DNA of 64,000 nucleotides from Candidatus Woesearchaeota archaeon (GTDB taxonomy: Archaea; Nanobdellota; Nanobdellia; Pacearchaeales; UBA284). The stretch covers positions 210,879 to 274,878 of the forward strand of contig CAYGZP010000001.1 of NCBI GenBank assembly GCA_964354405.1, read 5' to 3'. The position numbers and the translations under genes are program-made. Shown in pieces: positions 55,573-64,000 of the stretch (its first letter is position 1; each line of letters starts with the position of its first letter). A model generated the notes under the pieces. It searched no databases and was not told where the DNA came from. It saw only the letters and a list, made by a program, of their open reading frames with translations.

Positions 55573-56010
55573 TTATTTGTTCTTCAATTCAGCCGCCATG
55601 CTTTCCAAGTATTCCTTGCCTTTTTTTGTCAGTCTTCTTCCAGTCTTCTTTTCCTTGATGTGTTCAATTAATCCAGCTTTGGTTGCCTGCTGCAGAATGA
55701 CTCGGATAATCTTGCCAGAAGCTTTGTAGAATTTCTTTGGCCTGACTCCCCTATCTTTTCTCGATCCATATTTTGTCCTTAATCTCTCTACTCCAACAAT
55801 TCCCTTGATATAAACAGCTCTCAAGATACTGGCCGCTCGAGTGTACCACCAGTCCTCTTTTTCAGGAGGCCTTGCTTTAGAAACTCCTGTTTTGGTGAAA
55901 GCAGCCCATACTGGGATTTCAAACTCCTTCATTTCTTTCAATTTTTCAGCCAAATGCGCGATGAATTTTGCACTGGGAATTTCATGCACTGTTATATTAT
56001 TTTTCGCCAT
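55573..56010 (-). CDS. rps19e: 30S ribosomal protein S19e
   Basis: KTGVSKARPP...WWYTRAASILR...GVERLRTKYG. Confidence 0.96.
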   Translation of the reverse strand: MAKNNITVHEIPSAKFIAHLAEKLKEMKEFEIPVWAAFTKTGVSKARPPEKEDWWYTRAASILRAVYIKGIVGVERLRTKYGSRKDRGVRPKKFYKASGKIIRVILQQATKAGLIEHIKEKKTGRRLTKKGKEYLESMAAELKNK

Positions 56011-56255
56011 TTTCTAACATATAAAGTAAAGCCAACAATTTTAGCAGTGAAACCCTTGTTCATCTTTTTCTTAAGTTCTGAACAAATCTCTTCCGCGATT
56101 TTCTTTAATGCGTCGCGGTCTCTACAAGCGCTCTTCAATACAGCTATTTTTACAAGTTCATGGTTTTTAAATGTTTTTTCAAGCAACTCGATGAATCCCT
56201 CAGTCAATCCTTGTTTTCCCAGCTGACATGAGACTATACTTGTTCTTTTACTCAT
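55992..56255 (-). CDS. YhbY/CRM-domain RNA-binding protein
   Basis: QLGKQGLTE...HELVKI...IVGFTL; next to rps19e. Confidence 0.85.
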   Translation of the reverse strand: MSKRTSIVSCQLGKQGLTEGFIELLEKTFKNHELVKIAVLKSACRDRDALKKIAEEICSELKKKMNKGFTAKIVGFTLYVRKWRKII

Positions 56256-56622
56256 TTTTCAATGTTTTTAAAATCTCTTCTTGTTTAACAATGATTTTTT
56301 TAGCGCCGCTTACATAAAATGTTCCTAATGGCATATCTTTCTTTTTTGAGGTGTCTTTGCCCTTGAAATAATGAACCTCTACATCTTTCTTGTTTTTCTT
56401 CCAATCTTTTGAATAGCGAGCACAAAAAACTGCTGCTTCCTTAATATCTATCTTATTGGCTTTTCCTTTGATGTTCACGAAAGGCGAGCCAGCAGCCTTG
56501 GTGTGTAACACAATCTCATCCTTGCCGACTTGCTCAACAAGCTCTTCATTTTGCGCGGCATTTTTTCCTGCCAAGACGCGTTTGCCAGAAGAAGTTTGGA
56601 ACTCGCGGAATTTCGGGCACAT
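56248..56622 (-). CDS. NFACT-R (DUF814) RNA-binding domain protein
   Basis: LAGKNAAQNEEL...LHTKAAGSPF...EAAVFCARYSKDW. Confidence 0.85.
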   Translation of the reverse strand: MCPKFREFQTSSGKRVLAGKNAAQNEELVEQVGKDEIVLHTKAAGSPFVNIKGKANKIDIKEAAVFCARYSKDWKKNKKDVEVHYFKGKDTSKKKDMPLGTFYVSGAKKIIVKQEEILKTLKNE

Positions 56623-56628
56623 TTTCCA

Positions 56629-57996
56629 TTAAACCTTTTTCACCTTCGGTCCCTTATCAGTATCTTCAATGATATAGCCTGTTTCTTTAATTTCCTCGCG
56701 AAGCTTGTCAGAAAGTTTGAAATCTTTGTCTTTCCTTGCTTTCTCTCGCTCTTCTACAAGTTTTTTAATTGCAGGAGGTACAGCTACTCGCTCTTGTTTT
56801 AACAAATCCAAGCCAAAAATATTGTCTATCTTTTCTATTGTCTTTACTTTGCCTTGCGCTTTGGCATCTCGGATAAGATTCCACAACACAGCAAGAGCCT
56901 TTGGCATGTCAATGTCATCATCAATCGCAGCTTCGAACTCTTTCAAATATTTTTCATTGATTTTTCCATCGTCTTTGAGTTCTGAAATAATATTTTTTAG
57001 CTTCTGATAAGTGTTTTGGGCATTTGTCAGATTTTCTAGAGTAAAATTAAGTTGGGTTCTGTAATGTGCTGTCAAGCAGAAATATCTGTAAACAAGAGGA
57101 TGGAAACCTTTTTTCTCAAGAGCTGAGATAGTGTAGATATTACCTTTGCTCTTGCTCATCTTCTCGCCCTTGAACAAAAGCCAGCGCGTATGCAGCCAAT
57201 AATTAACAAATTTCTTTCCTGTAGCAGCTTCACTCTGCGCTATCTCATTTTGATGATGAACTGGAATATGTTCCTCGCCTCCAATATGAATGTCAAAGGT
57301 TTCTCCTAAATATTTCATTGACATTGCGCTGCATTCAATATGCCATCCTGGAAATCCTACGCCCCAAGGCGAGCTCCATTCCTGCTGTCTTGCTCCAGGC
57401 TTTTCAGAAAACTTCCATAAGGCAAAATCAGTTTTGTTCTTTTTTTCTCCCAAGGAAACTCGCGCTCCTGCCCTAAGCTTCTCAATTTTCAATCCAGCGA
57501 ACTTTCCATAATCCTTGAATTTGCTCGAGTCAAAATAAATTCCATCGCTTGTCTTGTAAGTGAAACCTTTGGCTTCAAGTTTCTTGATAAGTTCAATCTG
57601 CTCTTTGATGTGCTCGGTTGCTTTGCTCCAGATATCTGGCTCGGTTATGTTTAACTTTTTGAAATCTTTTTTGAACTCTTGTAAATAGAACTCTGTTATT
57701 TCCTTGGCTGTTTTATGCTCTCTCTTTGCTGCCTGCTCAATCTTATCTTCGCCAGTGTCTGCATCACTTGAGAGATGCCCGACATCAGTCACATTCATGA
57801 CATGTTTTATTTTGAAATTGTCATAAAGTAAAACTCGTTTAAGCAAGTCTGAGAAAATGTAAGTCCTCAAATTGCCTATATGCTGGAACCAGTAAACAGT
57901 CGGCCCGCAGCTATATATCCCAACAGGAGATTTGAGGGGCTTGAATACTTCTTTCTTTCTGCTTAAAGTATTATACAATTTTAACATTTTGCCCAC
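56629..57996 (-). CDS. cysS: Cysteine--tRNA ligase
   Basis: [35 protein letters not shown]. Confidence 0.97.
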   Translation of the reverse strand: MGKMLKLYNTLSRKKEVFKPLKSPVGIYSCGPTVYWFQHIGNLRTYIFSDLLKRVLLYDNFKIKHVMNVTDVGHLSSDADTGEDKIEQAAKREHKTAKEITEFYLQEFKKDFKKLNITEPDIWSKATEHIKEQIELIKKLEAKGFTYKTSDGIYFDSSKFKDYGKFAGLKIEKLRAGARVSLGEKKNKTDFALWKFSEKPGARQQEWSSPWGVGFPGWHIECSAMSMKYLGETFDIHIGGEEHIPVHHQNEIAQSEAATGKKFVNYWLHTRWLLFKGEKMSKSKGNIYTISALEKKGFHPLVYRYFCLTAHYRTQLNFTLENLTNAQNTYQKLKNIISELKDDGKINEKYLKEFEAAIDDDIDMPKALAVLWNLIRDAKAQGKVKTIEKIDNIFGLDLLKQERVAVPPAIKKLVEEREKARKDKDFKLSDKLREEIKETGYIIEDTDKGPKVKKV

Positions 57997-58033
57997 TAAG
58001 AAAAAAGAAAAAGAAGTTTAAAAATTTAAGCTA

Positions 58034-58582
58034 TTAAAAGAATCCCTTGCTTATGACATCAATATTGAAGAAAGTTGTCCTGCTCCAAGTCCCACATGTT
58101 GCTTGTATGTTAAACTTCTGTTGGCAGGGTTGTTGGCTACTCAGAATGTTCAGTTTGACTAATGCATAAGCTGTGTTTTGCGAGATTTCATCAAATGCTA
58201 GATTGTTCATTCCATAGACAAACCAGGTGTTTGGATCAGGGGTTACACAATTGCCTCCGCTTTTTGTAATGCTGTATTTGCAAGTATTCAAGTTTGCAAC
58301 TCCTTCCGGGGCTATCCCAAAAACAAACCCAAATCCATCTGTTCCCTGTCTTACTTTTGCTGTTTGTTGTGTTCCAAGTTTAACAACCATCTCTTTTCCA
58401 CCGCCTTCTCCGAATAAGTTCATCAATTCATTCTTTACTTGATCATCTATCATGCTGATACTCTCTGTAGCACTGCCAAAAATTTGTCTTACAAAAACAA
58501 GCCCAAGAATAAGCATGACAACCGCAATCACTATAACAACTAATGTCGTTATCGACATCTCAAATCCAGCTTTTTTATTCAT
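58034..58582 (-). CDS. Class III signal peptide (pilin-like) protein
   Basis: KKAGFEMSITTLVVIVIAVV. Confidence 0.72.
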   Translation of the reverse strand: MNKKAGFEMSITTLVVIVIAVVMLILGLVFVRQIFGSATESISMIDDQVKNELMNLFGEGGGKEMVVKLGTQQTAKVRQGTDGFGFVFGIAPEGVANLNTCKYSITKSGGNCVTPDPNTWFVYGMNNLAFDEISQNTAYALVKLNILSSQQPCQQKFNIQATCGTWSRTTFFNIDVISKGFF

Positions 58583-58628
58583 TTTTTCCTCTTTTATTTA
58601 TTATAATTTGTTAAATATTCTAATGTTT

Positions 58629-59132
58629 TTAAACCTTATGTCTATATAGCCTGTTTTCGCTGTTTTTCTCGATTAATTTTAGATTTTTGACAGGCCACTT
58701 GTACGAGACTACGATAGCTTTAGTCTCTTTTTTCAATTTTCTTGCGAGTTTTGCATTAGCTTCTTTTGACAAGAAAATGAAAATCTTTGTTGCTCTGTTT
58801 AAGGGCATATTAAAGATATTCCCAAAGATAAGTCTCACATTTTTCGCTTTTCTCGCCTTGATTCTTAGATAAGCAATTAAAAATCTAATCGGATCAATCT
58901 CGATGCCTATTGCTTTTTTCACTTTCGGCGAGGCTTCGAGCAGCAGCGAGCCTGTTCCAGAACCAAGGTCATAAAAAATATCTTTTTTGTTTAGCTTTAA
59001 CATTTTTCTTGCTGCTTTTCTGACTTTTTTTGGAGTTCTGACGAACTCTGCGCCAAAAAACCTTGTATATGCAAGCCATATAAAAATTAGAAAGAGAACG
59101 ATAGCGAGAATTATCAGGATATCTATCAACAT
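58629..59132 (-). CDS. Membrane-anchored class I SAM-dependent methyltransferase
   Basis: N-terminal TM; YDLGSGTG, GIEID. Confidence 0.88.
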   Translation of the reverse strand: MLIDILIILAIVLFLIFIWLAYTRFFGAEFVRTPKKVRKAARKMLKLNKKDIFYDLGSGTGSLLLEASPKVKKAIGIEIDPIRFLIAYLRIKARKAKNVRLIFGNIFNMPLNRATKIFIFLSKEANAKLARKLKKETKAIVVSYKWPVKNLKLIEKNSENRLYRHKV

Positions 59133-59148
59133 TTTTATTATAGCGAAA

Positions 59149-59255
59149 TGGGAAGGGTGGGATTTGGACCCACGACACCACGGTATCTGTATTGGGATTT
59201 TAAGGGGTATCCCCTTACTTCAGCCGTGTGCTCTCCCAGACTGAGCTACCTTCCC
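59149..59255 (-). tRNA. tRNA-Phe(GAA) with 33-nt intron (59185-59217)
   Basis: GGGAAGG/CCTTCCC-A; CACGG-CTGAAG[intron]A-CCGTG. Confidence 0.88.
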
Positions 59256-59332
59256 ATGAATGAGAATAGCATTTTCTCTCTTTTAAAATTTTCTAAGGTA
59301 AAGTTTTTAAATTGCTTTTCCTTAAAATAAAT

Positions 59333-60067
59333 ATGAATAAAAGAGGACAGGTGACTTTGTTTATTATCCTCGCTATTGTTATAATTGCTGCGATACTCCT
59401 TACGTTATTCTTAACAGGCGGATTCAAAAGCAGTTTCAGTAGCTCTGAAATAAATCAAGTCAAGAGTTATCTCAAGGAGTGCTTTGAATTTAAAACTCAA
59501 GAAGGAATTTTGTTCTTGGCAAGACAAGGGGGTTACAATACTCTACCCCAAGCCAACATAAATTTCTTGGATGAGAAAACAGCCTATTATTGGAAAGAAA
59601 ATCAAACCATAATCCCGGGTGTTGCGACAGTTGAACAAGAACTCGGGGATTATTTAGATTCACATGCTTCAGAGTGTTTGAAGATGCAAGGCTATGCATT
59701 GACAGCAGATGAATGTACATCTCAAACAGAAATAAAAGATAAAGTGAAAGTTCTTTTTGATTGTCCTGTAAAGGTTCAAAAAGGCATGGCTTCTGCCCAG
59801 ATCAAAGAATTTAATATTGAAATTGAGGCGCCGATAACAAAAATGTTAGATGTCTCATCGCAGGTTGTTGCAGAATATGCAAAAAAGCCCGGATATTTGT
59901 GTGTTGAGTGTATAGACACGATTGCCTTGAACAGTAATGTAACGATCACTGCAGTCCCGATTACAGAAGAGATTTATCAAAATAATCATATATGGTTTTT
60001 AATTACAGATAAAAATATAAAGTTTGACGACAAAAATATAACATGGAGGTTTGTAATCGGAATATGA
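59333..60067 (+). CDS. Class III signal peptide protein, probable paralog of 40894..41730
   Basis: MNKRGQVTLFIILAIVII; YLKEC...ARQGGY. Confidence 0.72.
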   Translation: MNKRGQVTLFIILAIVIIAAILLTLFLTGGFKSSFSSSEINQVKSYLKECFEFKTQEGILFLARQGGYNTLPQANINFLDEKTAYYWKENQTIIPGVATVEQELGDYLDSHASECLKMQGYALTADECTSQTEIKDKVKVLFDCPVKVQKGMASAQIKEFNIEIEAPITKMLDVSSQVVAEYAKKPGYLCVECIDTIALNSNVTITAVPITEEIYQNNHIWFLITDKNIKFDDKNITWRFVIGI

Positions 60068-61227
60068 AAAAAATAATCGCGCTAATTTTCTTATTTTTAT
60101 TTTTGACCATTATATTCAACATGCCAAATATAGAAGCTTCTAGCATAATAGAAGAATCAGGAAAATTATATGTGGTTTATCCAGGTTTGCCAGACACAAT
60201 CCAAACAATTTTGAATAGATTTTGTATTCAATATCAAAATAACAGATTAATAGGCAATTTCGGGGCTGATAAGAATAAATATCAGGCATTCATCCAATGC
60301 TCGGGGCAATATTACCTGTTTTCTAGACTAATAAGCGAATTGAACAGGAACGCCGCTATACTCCAAGGAGGAAGTAATAACCCCGTCAAAGAAGCAGAGG
60401 TTGTCAACAATTTTGCCATATTAATGAGCAAATACGCGGCATTGTTAATCGAAAAGGAAGGATTCGGAGCAGACAACAAGCTTGTAGTAAAATCATTAAA
60501 ATTCGATGATGCCCCCGGATTAGGATTGCCAGGAGAGCTCATCGGAGGCACGATTGAATGTACTGGAACAACTTGTTTTATTGGTGCAGTGATAGATGAT
60601 ATGAGTTATTTCCAAGTAGGCCTTCAAAAGGCAAGTGTAACATTCGTAGATAGAAACCAGAGAAAAATAAATTTTCTTGCAGGCAACAGCTATATGGTTT
60701 CTTATCTAACAGAAAATGATTTCAATAACAAGAAAGTTTATAAGACTATAGCAAAATCAACAGTTAATCAAGTGAATTACTATAAATTATTGACGCAAGG
60801 CGATGCCAAATATTTTCATGTAGTAAAAGGCACATTTACTTCGAACGGGGTGCCAAAGAAAAACAAGGCTGAAGAGATTCTTACAATGAGTTTGGGCTGC
60901 GCTGTTCCTTCTGGAAAGTATCCTGAAGGCTTTGAAATCCAGCAGATCTCCCAAAAAGTAAGTAATAAAGATTACTTTACTTTGGGGAACTACCCAAACT
61001 TTTATTGCACTGAAGAAAATCCAAATGGAGTTTCTATCAATGTAGAAAATCCCCCTAGCGAACAAGAAGTAGCAATGTTAGAAACAGCTATAATAGATTA
61101 TTTGGCAAAAAAGATAACCACACCCCCAACTTTCAATCCAAGGACAACGACAATAATCGGCAAAACAGAAAATGCAATACTAATAATCCCCCAGACTTCT
61201 GAAGAAGCTAAGACGCTTATAACTTAA
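60064..61227 (+). CDS. Secreted hypothetical protein
   Basis: MKKIIALIFLFLF signal peptide; overlaps the upstream stop (ATGA). Confidence 0.7.
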   Translation: MKKIIALIFLFLFLTIIFNMPNIEASSIIEESGKLYVVYPGLPDTIQTILNRFCIQYQNNRLIGNFGADKNKYQAFIQCSGQYYLFSRLISELNRNAAILQGGSNNPVKEAEVVNNFAILMSKYAALLIEKEGFGADNKLVVKSLKFDDAPGLGLPGELIGGTIECTGTTCFIGAVIDDMSYFQVGLQKASVTFVDRNQRKINFLAGNSYMVSYLTENDFNNKKVYKTIAKSTVNQVNYYKLLTQGDAKYFHVVKGTFTSNGVPKKNKAEEILTMSLGCAVPSGKYPEGFEIQQISQKVSNKDYFTLGNYPNFYCTEENPNGVSINVENPPSEQEVAMLETAIIDYLAKKITTPPTFNPRTTTIIGKTENAILIIPQTSEEAKTLIT

Positions 61228-61246
61228 TTAAGGACTTAAGAATCAT

Positions 61247-61858
61247 TCATTCTGAATAAATTAATCCAAGGTTATCATAAGCCTTTTGCATTTCATTACC
61301 CATCTCTTCTTCAATGCTTTTTGGTGGGCTGTCAGAATCCTCAACCTCAAGATATTTTTTTTTATTTTCATCAAAAACTTTTTGTATGCAGATATTGGCA
61401 GAATCCAAGAAAGCCTTACTCTTTGTTTTTTCATATTGTCTTAGATAAAATTCTGAAAAAATATTATACAAAGTCATCCTTGCAACTTGGATTTTTTTGT
61501 TCTGTATATACTTACCAAACAGCTCTTCTAAATTTTTTAGATTCTCCCCAGCTTTTTCAAAATTCCCCCTTTCAATATAATAACTAGCCCATGCACTGAG
61601 CCTATTAAAACTGTGGCGAGTGTCATTAGGGGATACTATAGTAGTGTCTGAAGCATAAGTTTTTCCTACGTTATAGCCAAATCTTAGAGAAAAATTTCCC
61701 GCGTCTACTTCTATTCCCTGTTTCAACCAATCATCTATCGTGATTATAGTAACAGTCAATTCTCTTTCCTTACCCTTTGTACTTTTAGCAGGAACACAGC
61801 CCAATCCTAAAAGTGCCAATGTTATCCCCGCTAATCCTAATAATTTTGATTTATTCAT
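61247..61858 (-). CDS. Putative lipoprotein
   Basis: LLGLGC lipobox-like; helical TPR-like C-terminus. Confidence 0.6.
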   Translation of the reverse strand: MNKSKLLGLAGITLALLGLGCVPAKSTKGKERELTVTIITIDDWLKQGIEVDAGNFSLRFGYNVGKTYASDTTIVSPNDTRHSFNRLSAWASYYIERGNFEKAGENLKNLEELFGKYIQNKKIQVARMTLYNIFSEFYLRQYEKTKSKAFLDSANICIQKVFDENKKKYLEVEDSDSPPKSIEEEMGNEMQKAYDNLGLIYSE

Positions 61859-61978
61859 TGCTTTATCCTTAAGATAGGGCTATATTTAAACTTTTCTCTT
61901 TGACACTATTTTGGAGTGATAACCAATATCTAAAGCTCCTTAACAAGTATTATAAATTGTCTTTTTCTTTCTATCTCT

Positions 61979-63322
61979 ATGATAAAATTACATGCTATAG
62001 GCGGCTACAGTGAAGTTGGAAAGAACATGAGTTGTATTGAGATTGGGGATGATGCTTTTGTTTTTGATACAGGTTTATTCTTACCTCCTATAGTTGAACT
62101 CGATAATCCTCGAGGCGAGCCCTACACTGAAAAAAAGCTTCGAGAGATAGATGCCCTGCCTAACGACACTGTAATAAAAGCCTTGCAGCCAAAAGTCAAG
62201 GCAATTCTTGTGAGTCATGCTCATCTAGACCATGTAGGCGCGGTTCCTTACATGGCACAGCACTATCACCATGCTGAAATCGCTGCAACCCCGTTCACAA
62301 TTGAGTTTTTGAAATCTGCGCTTCAGGATCAAAATACAAAACTTAACAACAAGATAAGGGCGGTAACTCCTAATTCTAAATTTATTGTCAAAGGTAATAG
62401 CGGCAAAGAGTATGAGATAGAATTCTTGAATGTTACCCACTCTACATTACAGGCTGCGATTATAGTTCTCCATACAGAAAAAGGCGCGATAGTCTATGCT
62501 AATGATTTTAAGTTTGACAACACCCCTATTTTAGGAAAGCGGCCAAATTATGAAAGGCTCAAGGAAATAGCCAAACAAGGAGTTTTAGCATTGATAGTTG
62601 ATTCTCTTTATGCCAATGAAGAAAGAAAAACCCCAAGCGAAAAGATTGCCCGAGGCTTGTTAGAAGATGTCTTGTTAACAACAGCTAATGAAGATGCCTG
62701 CATCACTGTCACGACATTCTCAAGCCACATCGCAAGATTGAAAAGCATTGTTGATTGCGGCAAACAGCTAAACAGAGAGATATTATTTCTTGGGCGCTCG
62801 TTACACAGATATATTTCAGCAGCAGATAAATTAAAACTAGTGCCTTTCATGAAAGATATAAGATTAGTCAGCTACAGAACACAACTTGAGCGAGTTTTGA
62901 AACAAGTTGCCAAGAACAGAACTCACTACATGCTTGTATGCACAGGGCATCAAGGTGAGCCAGGAAGCATACTTGACAGACTAGTTCGGGGAGTTTTGCC
63001 ATTCAAATTTAACTCAAGAGATCATGTAATTTTTTCCTCGCGCATAATCCCCTCTCCAATTAATATGGCAAACAGAAAACAATTAGAAAAGAAACTTAAA
63101 GAAGGCGGAGTCAGGATATTTACAGATGTTCATGTTTCAGGACATTGCGGCCGCGAAGACTTGCGAGATTTGATAGAGATGTTGCAGCCGCAGCACATTA
63201 TTCCAGCTCATGGAGACATGCAAAAGTTGACTGCTCTTGCAGAATTAGCAACTGAATTAGGTTACAGTCTTGGAAAAGATGTTCATATCTTGCAAGATGG
63301 GCAGACATTACATTTAGCTTAA
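61979..63322 (+). CDS. rnj: Ribonuclease J (MBL/beta-CASP)
   Basis: GGYSEVGKNM, SHAHLDHVG, TFSSHIARL, TGHQGEP, HVSGH, IPAHG. Confidence 0.94.
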   Translation: MIKLHAIGGYSEVGKNMSCIEIGDDAFVFDTGLFLPPIVELDNPRGEPYTEKKLREIDALPNDTVIKALQPKVKAILVSHAHLDHVGAVPYMAQHYHHAEIAATPFTIEFLKSALQDQNTKLNNKIRAVTPNSKFIVKGNSGKEYEIEFLNVTHSTLQAAIIVLHTEKGAIVYANDFKFDNTPILGKRPNYERLKEIAKQGVLALIVDSLYANEERKTPSEKIARGLLEDVLLTTANEDACITVTTFSSHIARLKSIVDCGKQLNREILFLGRSLHRYISAADKLKLVPFMKDIRLVSYRTQLERVLKQVAKNRTHYMLVCTGHQGEPGSILDRLVRGVLPFKFNSRDHVIFSSRIIPSPINMANRKQLEKKLKEGGVRIFTDVHVSGHCGREDLRDLIEMLQPQHIIPAHGDMQKLTALAELATELGYSLGKDVHILQDGQTLHLA

Positions 63323-63362
63323 AAATAAAAGCAAAAAAATCAAAAGAGGAAAGACAATAAAG

Positions 63363-63566
63363 ATGGTAAGACAAGACTTGATAACTGCTCTAAGAAACGC
63401 TCTCGAAAGAGGCGAGACACTTGAAGAAGCTAGGCTTTCTTTGCTTAACGCAAACTACAATTCTTCAGAAATAGAGGAAGCAGCCCGGGAGATTGAAAAA
63501 CTCAAACTCAAGAGAGCTCCAACAAAAGGTTCTTTCCCTCCATTGCCAACACCACCGAGAGCTTAA
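63363..63566 (+). CDS. Small hypothetical protein
   Basis: 67 aa, ALERGETLEEARLSLLNANY; co-oriented after rnj. Confidence 0.6.
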   Translation: MVRQDLITALRNALERGETLEEARLSLLNANYNSSEIEEAAREIEKLKLKRAPTKGSFPPLPTPPRA

Positions 63567-63679
63567 AACCCAAATAACCAAAAGAGATTAGTGGCATTTT
63601 AGTGCAAGAAACTTTATATATTTCCTAGCGTTTTCTCAGCAATAAACAAGGTTAAAGGGGATAAATAAAAAGAGTTAAA

Positions 63680-64000
63680 ATGAAATTCGCTCATCTCGCA
63701 GACTGTCATCTTGGCGCATGGCGCTCTCAAGAGTTGCAACAGCTCAGCCTGGCAGCTTTCGATATCGCAATATCGCGATGCATTGAAGAGAAAGTTGATT
63801 TTGTGATAATTGCAGGAGATTTGTTTGATGTTGCCATGCCCGGCGTTGATGTATTGAAAGAAACAGTCTCAATCATAAAAAAATTGAAAGAAAACAACAT
63901 CAAATGTTTCTTGCTTGCGGGCTCGCATGATTTTTCAATCAGTGGCAAAACATTTCTCGATGTTCTTGAGCGAGCAGATTTATTCAAAAACGTTTTTGTG
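63680..64000 (+). CDS. mre11: DNA double-strand break repair nuclease Mre11 (5' part)
   Basis: Hand translation MKFAHLADCHLG...VDFVIIAGDLFD...LAGSHD; runs off the window. Confidence 0.85.
   Translation, partial: MKFAHLADCHLGAWRSQELQQLSLAAFDIAISRCIEEKVDFVIIAGDLFDVAMPGVDVLKETVSIIKKLKENNIKCFLLAGSHDFSISGKTFLDVLERADLFKNVFV

Noticed and set aside
1..64000. CRISPR array, rRNA, IS/transposase or integrase
   Set aside because: No regularly spaced repeats, rRNA-like segments or transposase/integrase motifs seen by eye

Overview
Archaeal chromosomal segment, most likely from a DPANN lineage (Pacearchaeota/Woesearchaeota-like). This is inferred from archaeal ribosomal proteins, Alba, PCNA, a fused PriS-PriL primase, TATA-box promoters and intron-containing tRNAs. 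The window holds housekeeping genes (r-protein clusters, proS/lysS/cysS, Bud32, Cbf5, RNase J, Mre11), 7 tRNA genes and a ~27 kb block of surface and secreted proteins. The main discovery is a diversity-generating retroelement (DGR) at ~11.55-13.7 kb. It has a target gene with a variable repeat (12157-12245) and a template repeat (12498-12586) that differ at 12 of 89 positions, all at TR adenines. Its reverse transcriptase is split by a +1 frameshift at a G12 tract (possible phase-variable switch, or an assembly error). No avd gene lies in the cassette; a predicted multi-stem RNA sits immediately upstream of the TR instead. Other notable items are an array of secreted-protein/lipoprotein cassettes sharing a duplicated signal-peptide DNA segment (43.9-46.1 kb), defensin-like Cys repeats, a beta-barrel-like orphan, and small genes missed by the ORF track (rpoP, a truncated-alpha3 histone, a Zn-ribbon protein). 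All calls come from reading the sequence; no database searches were run.
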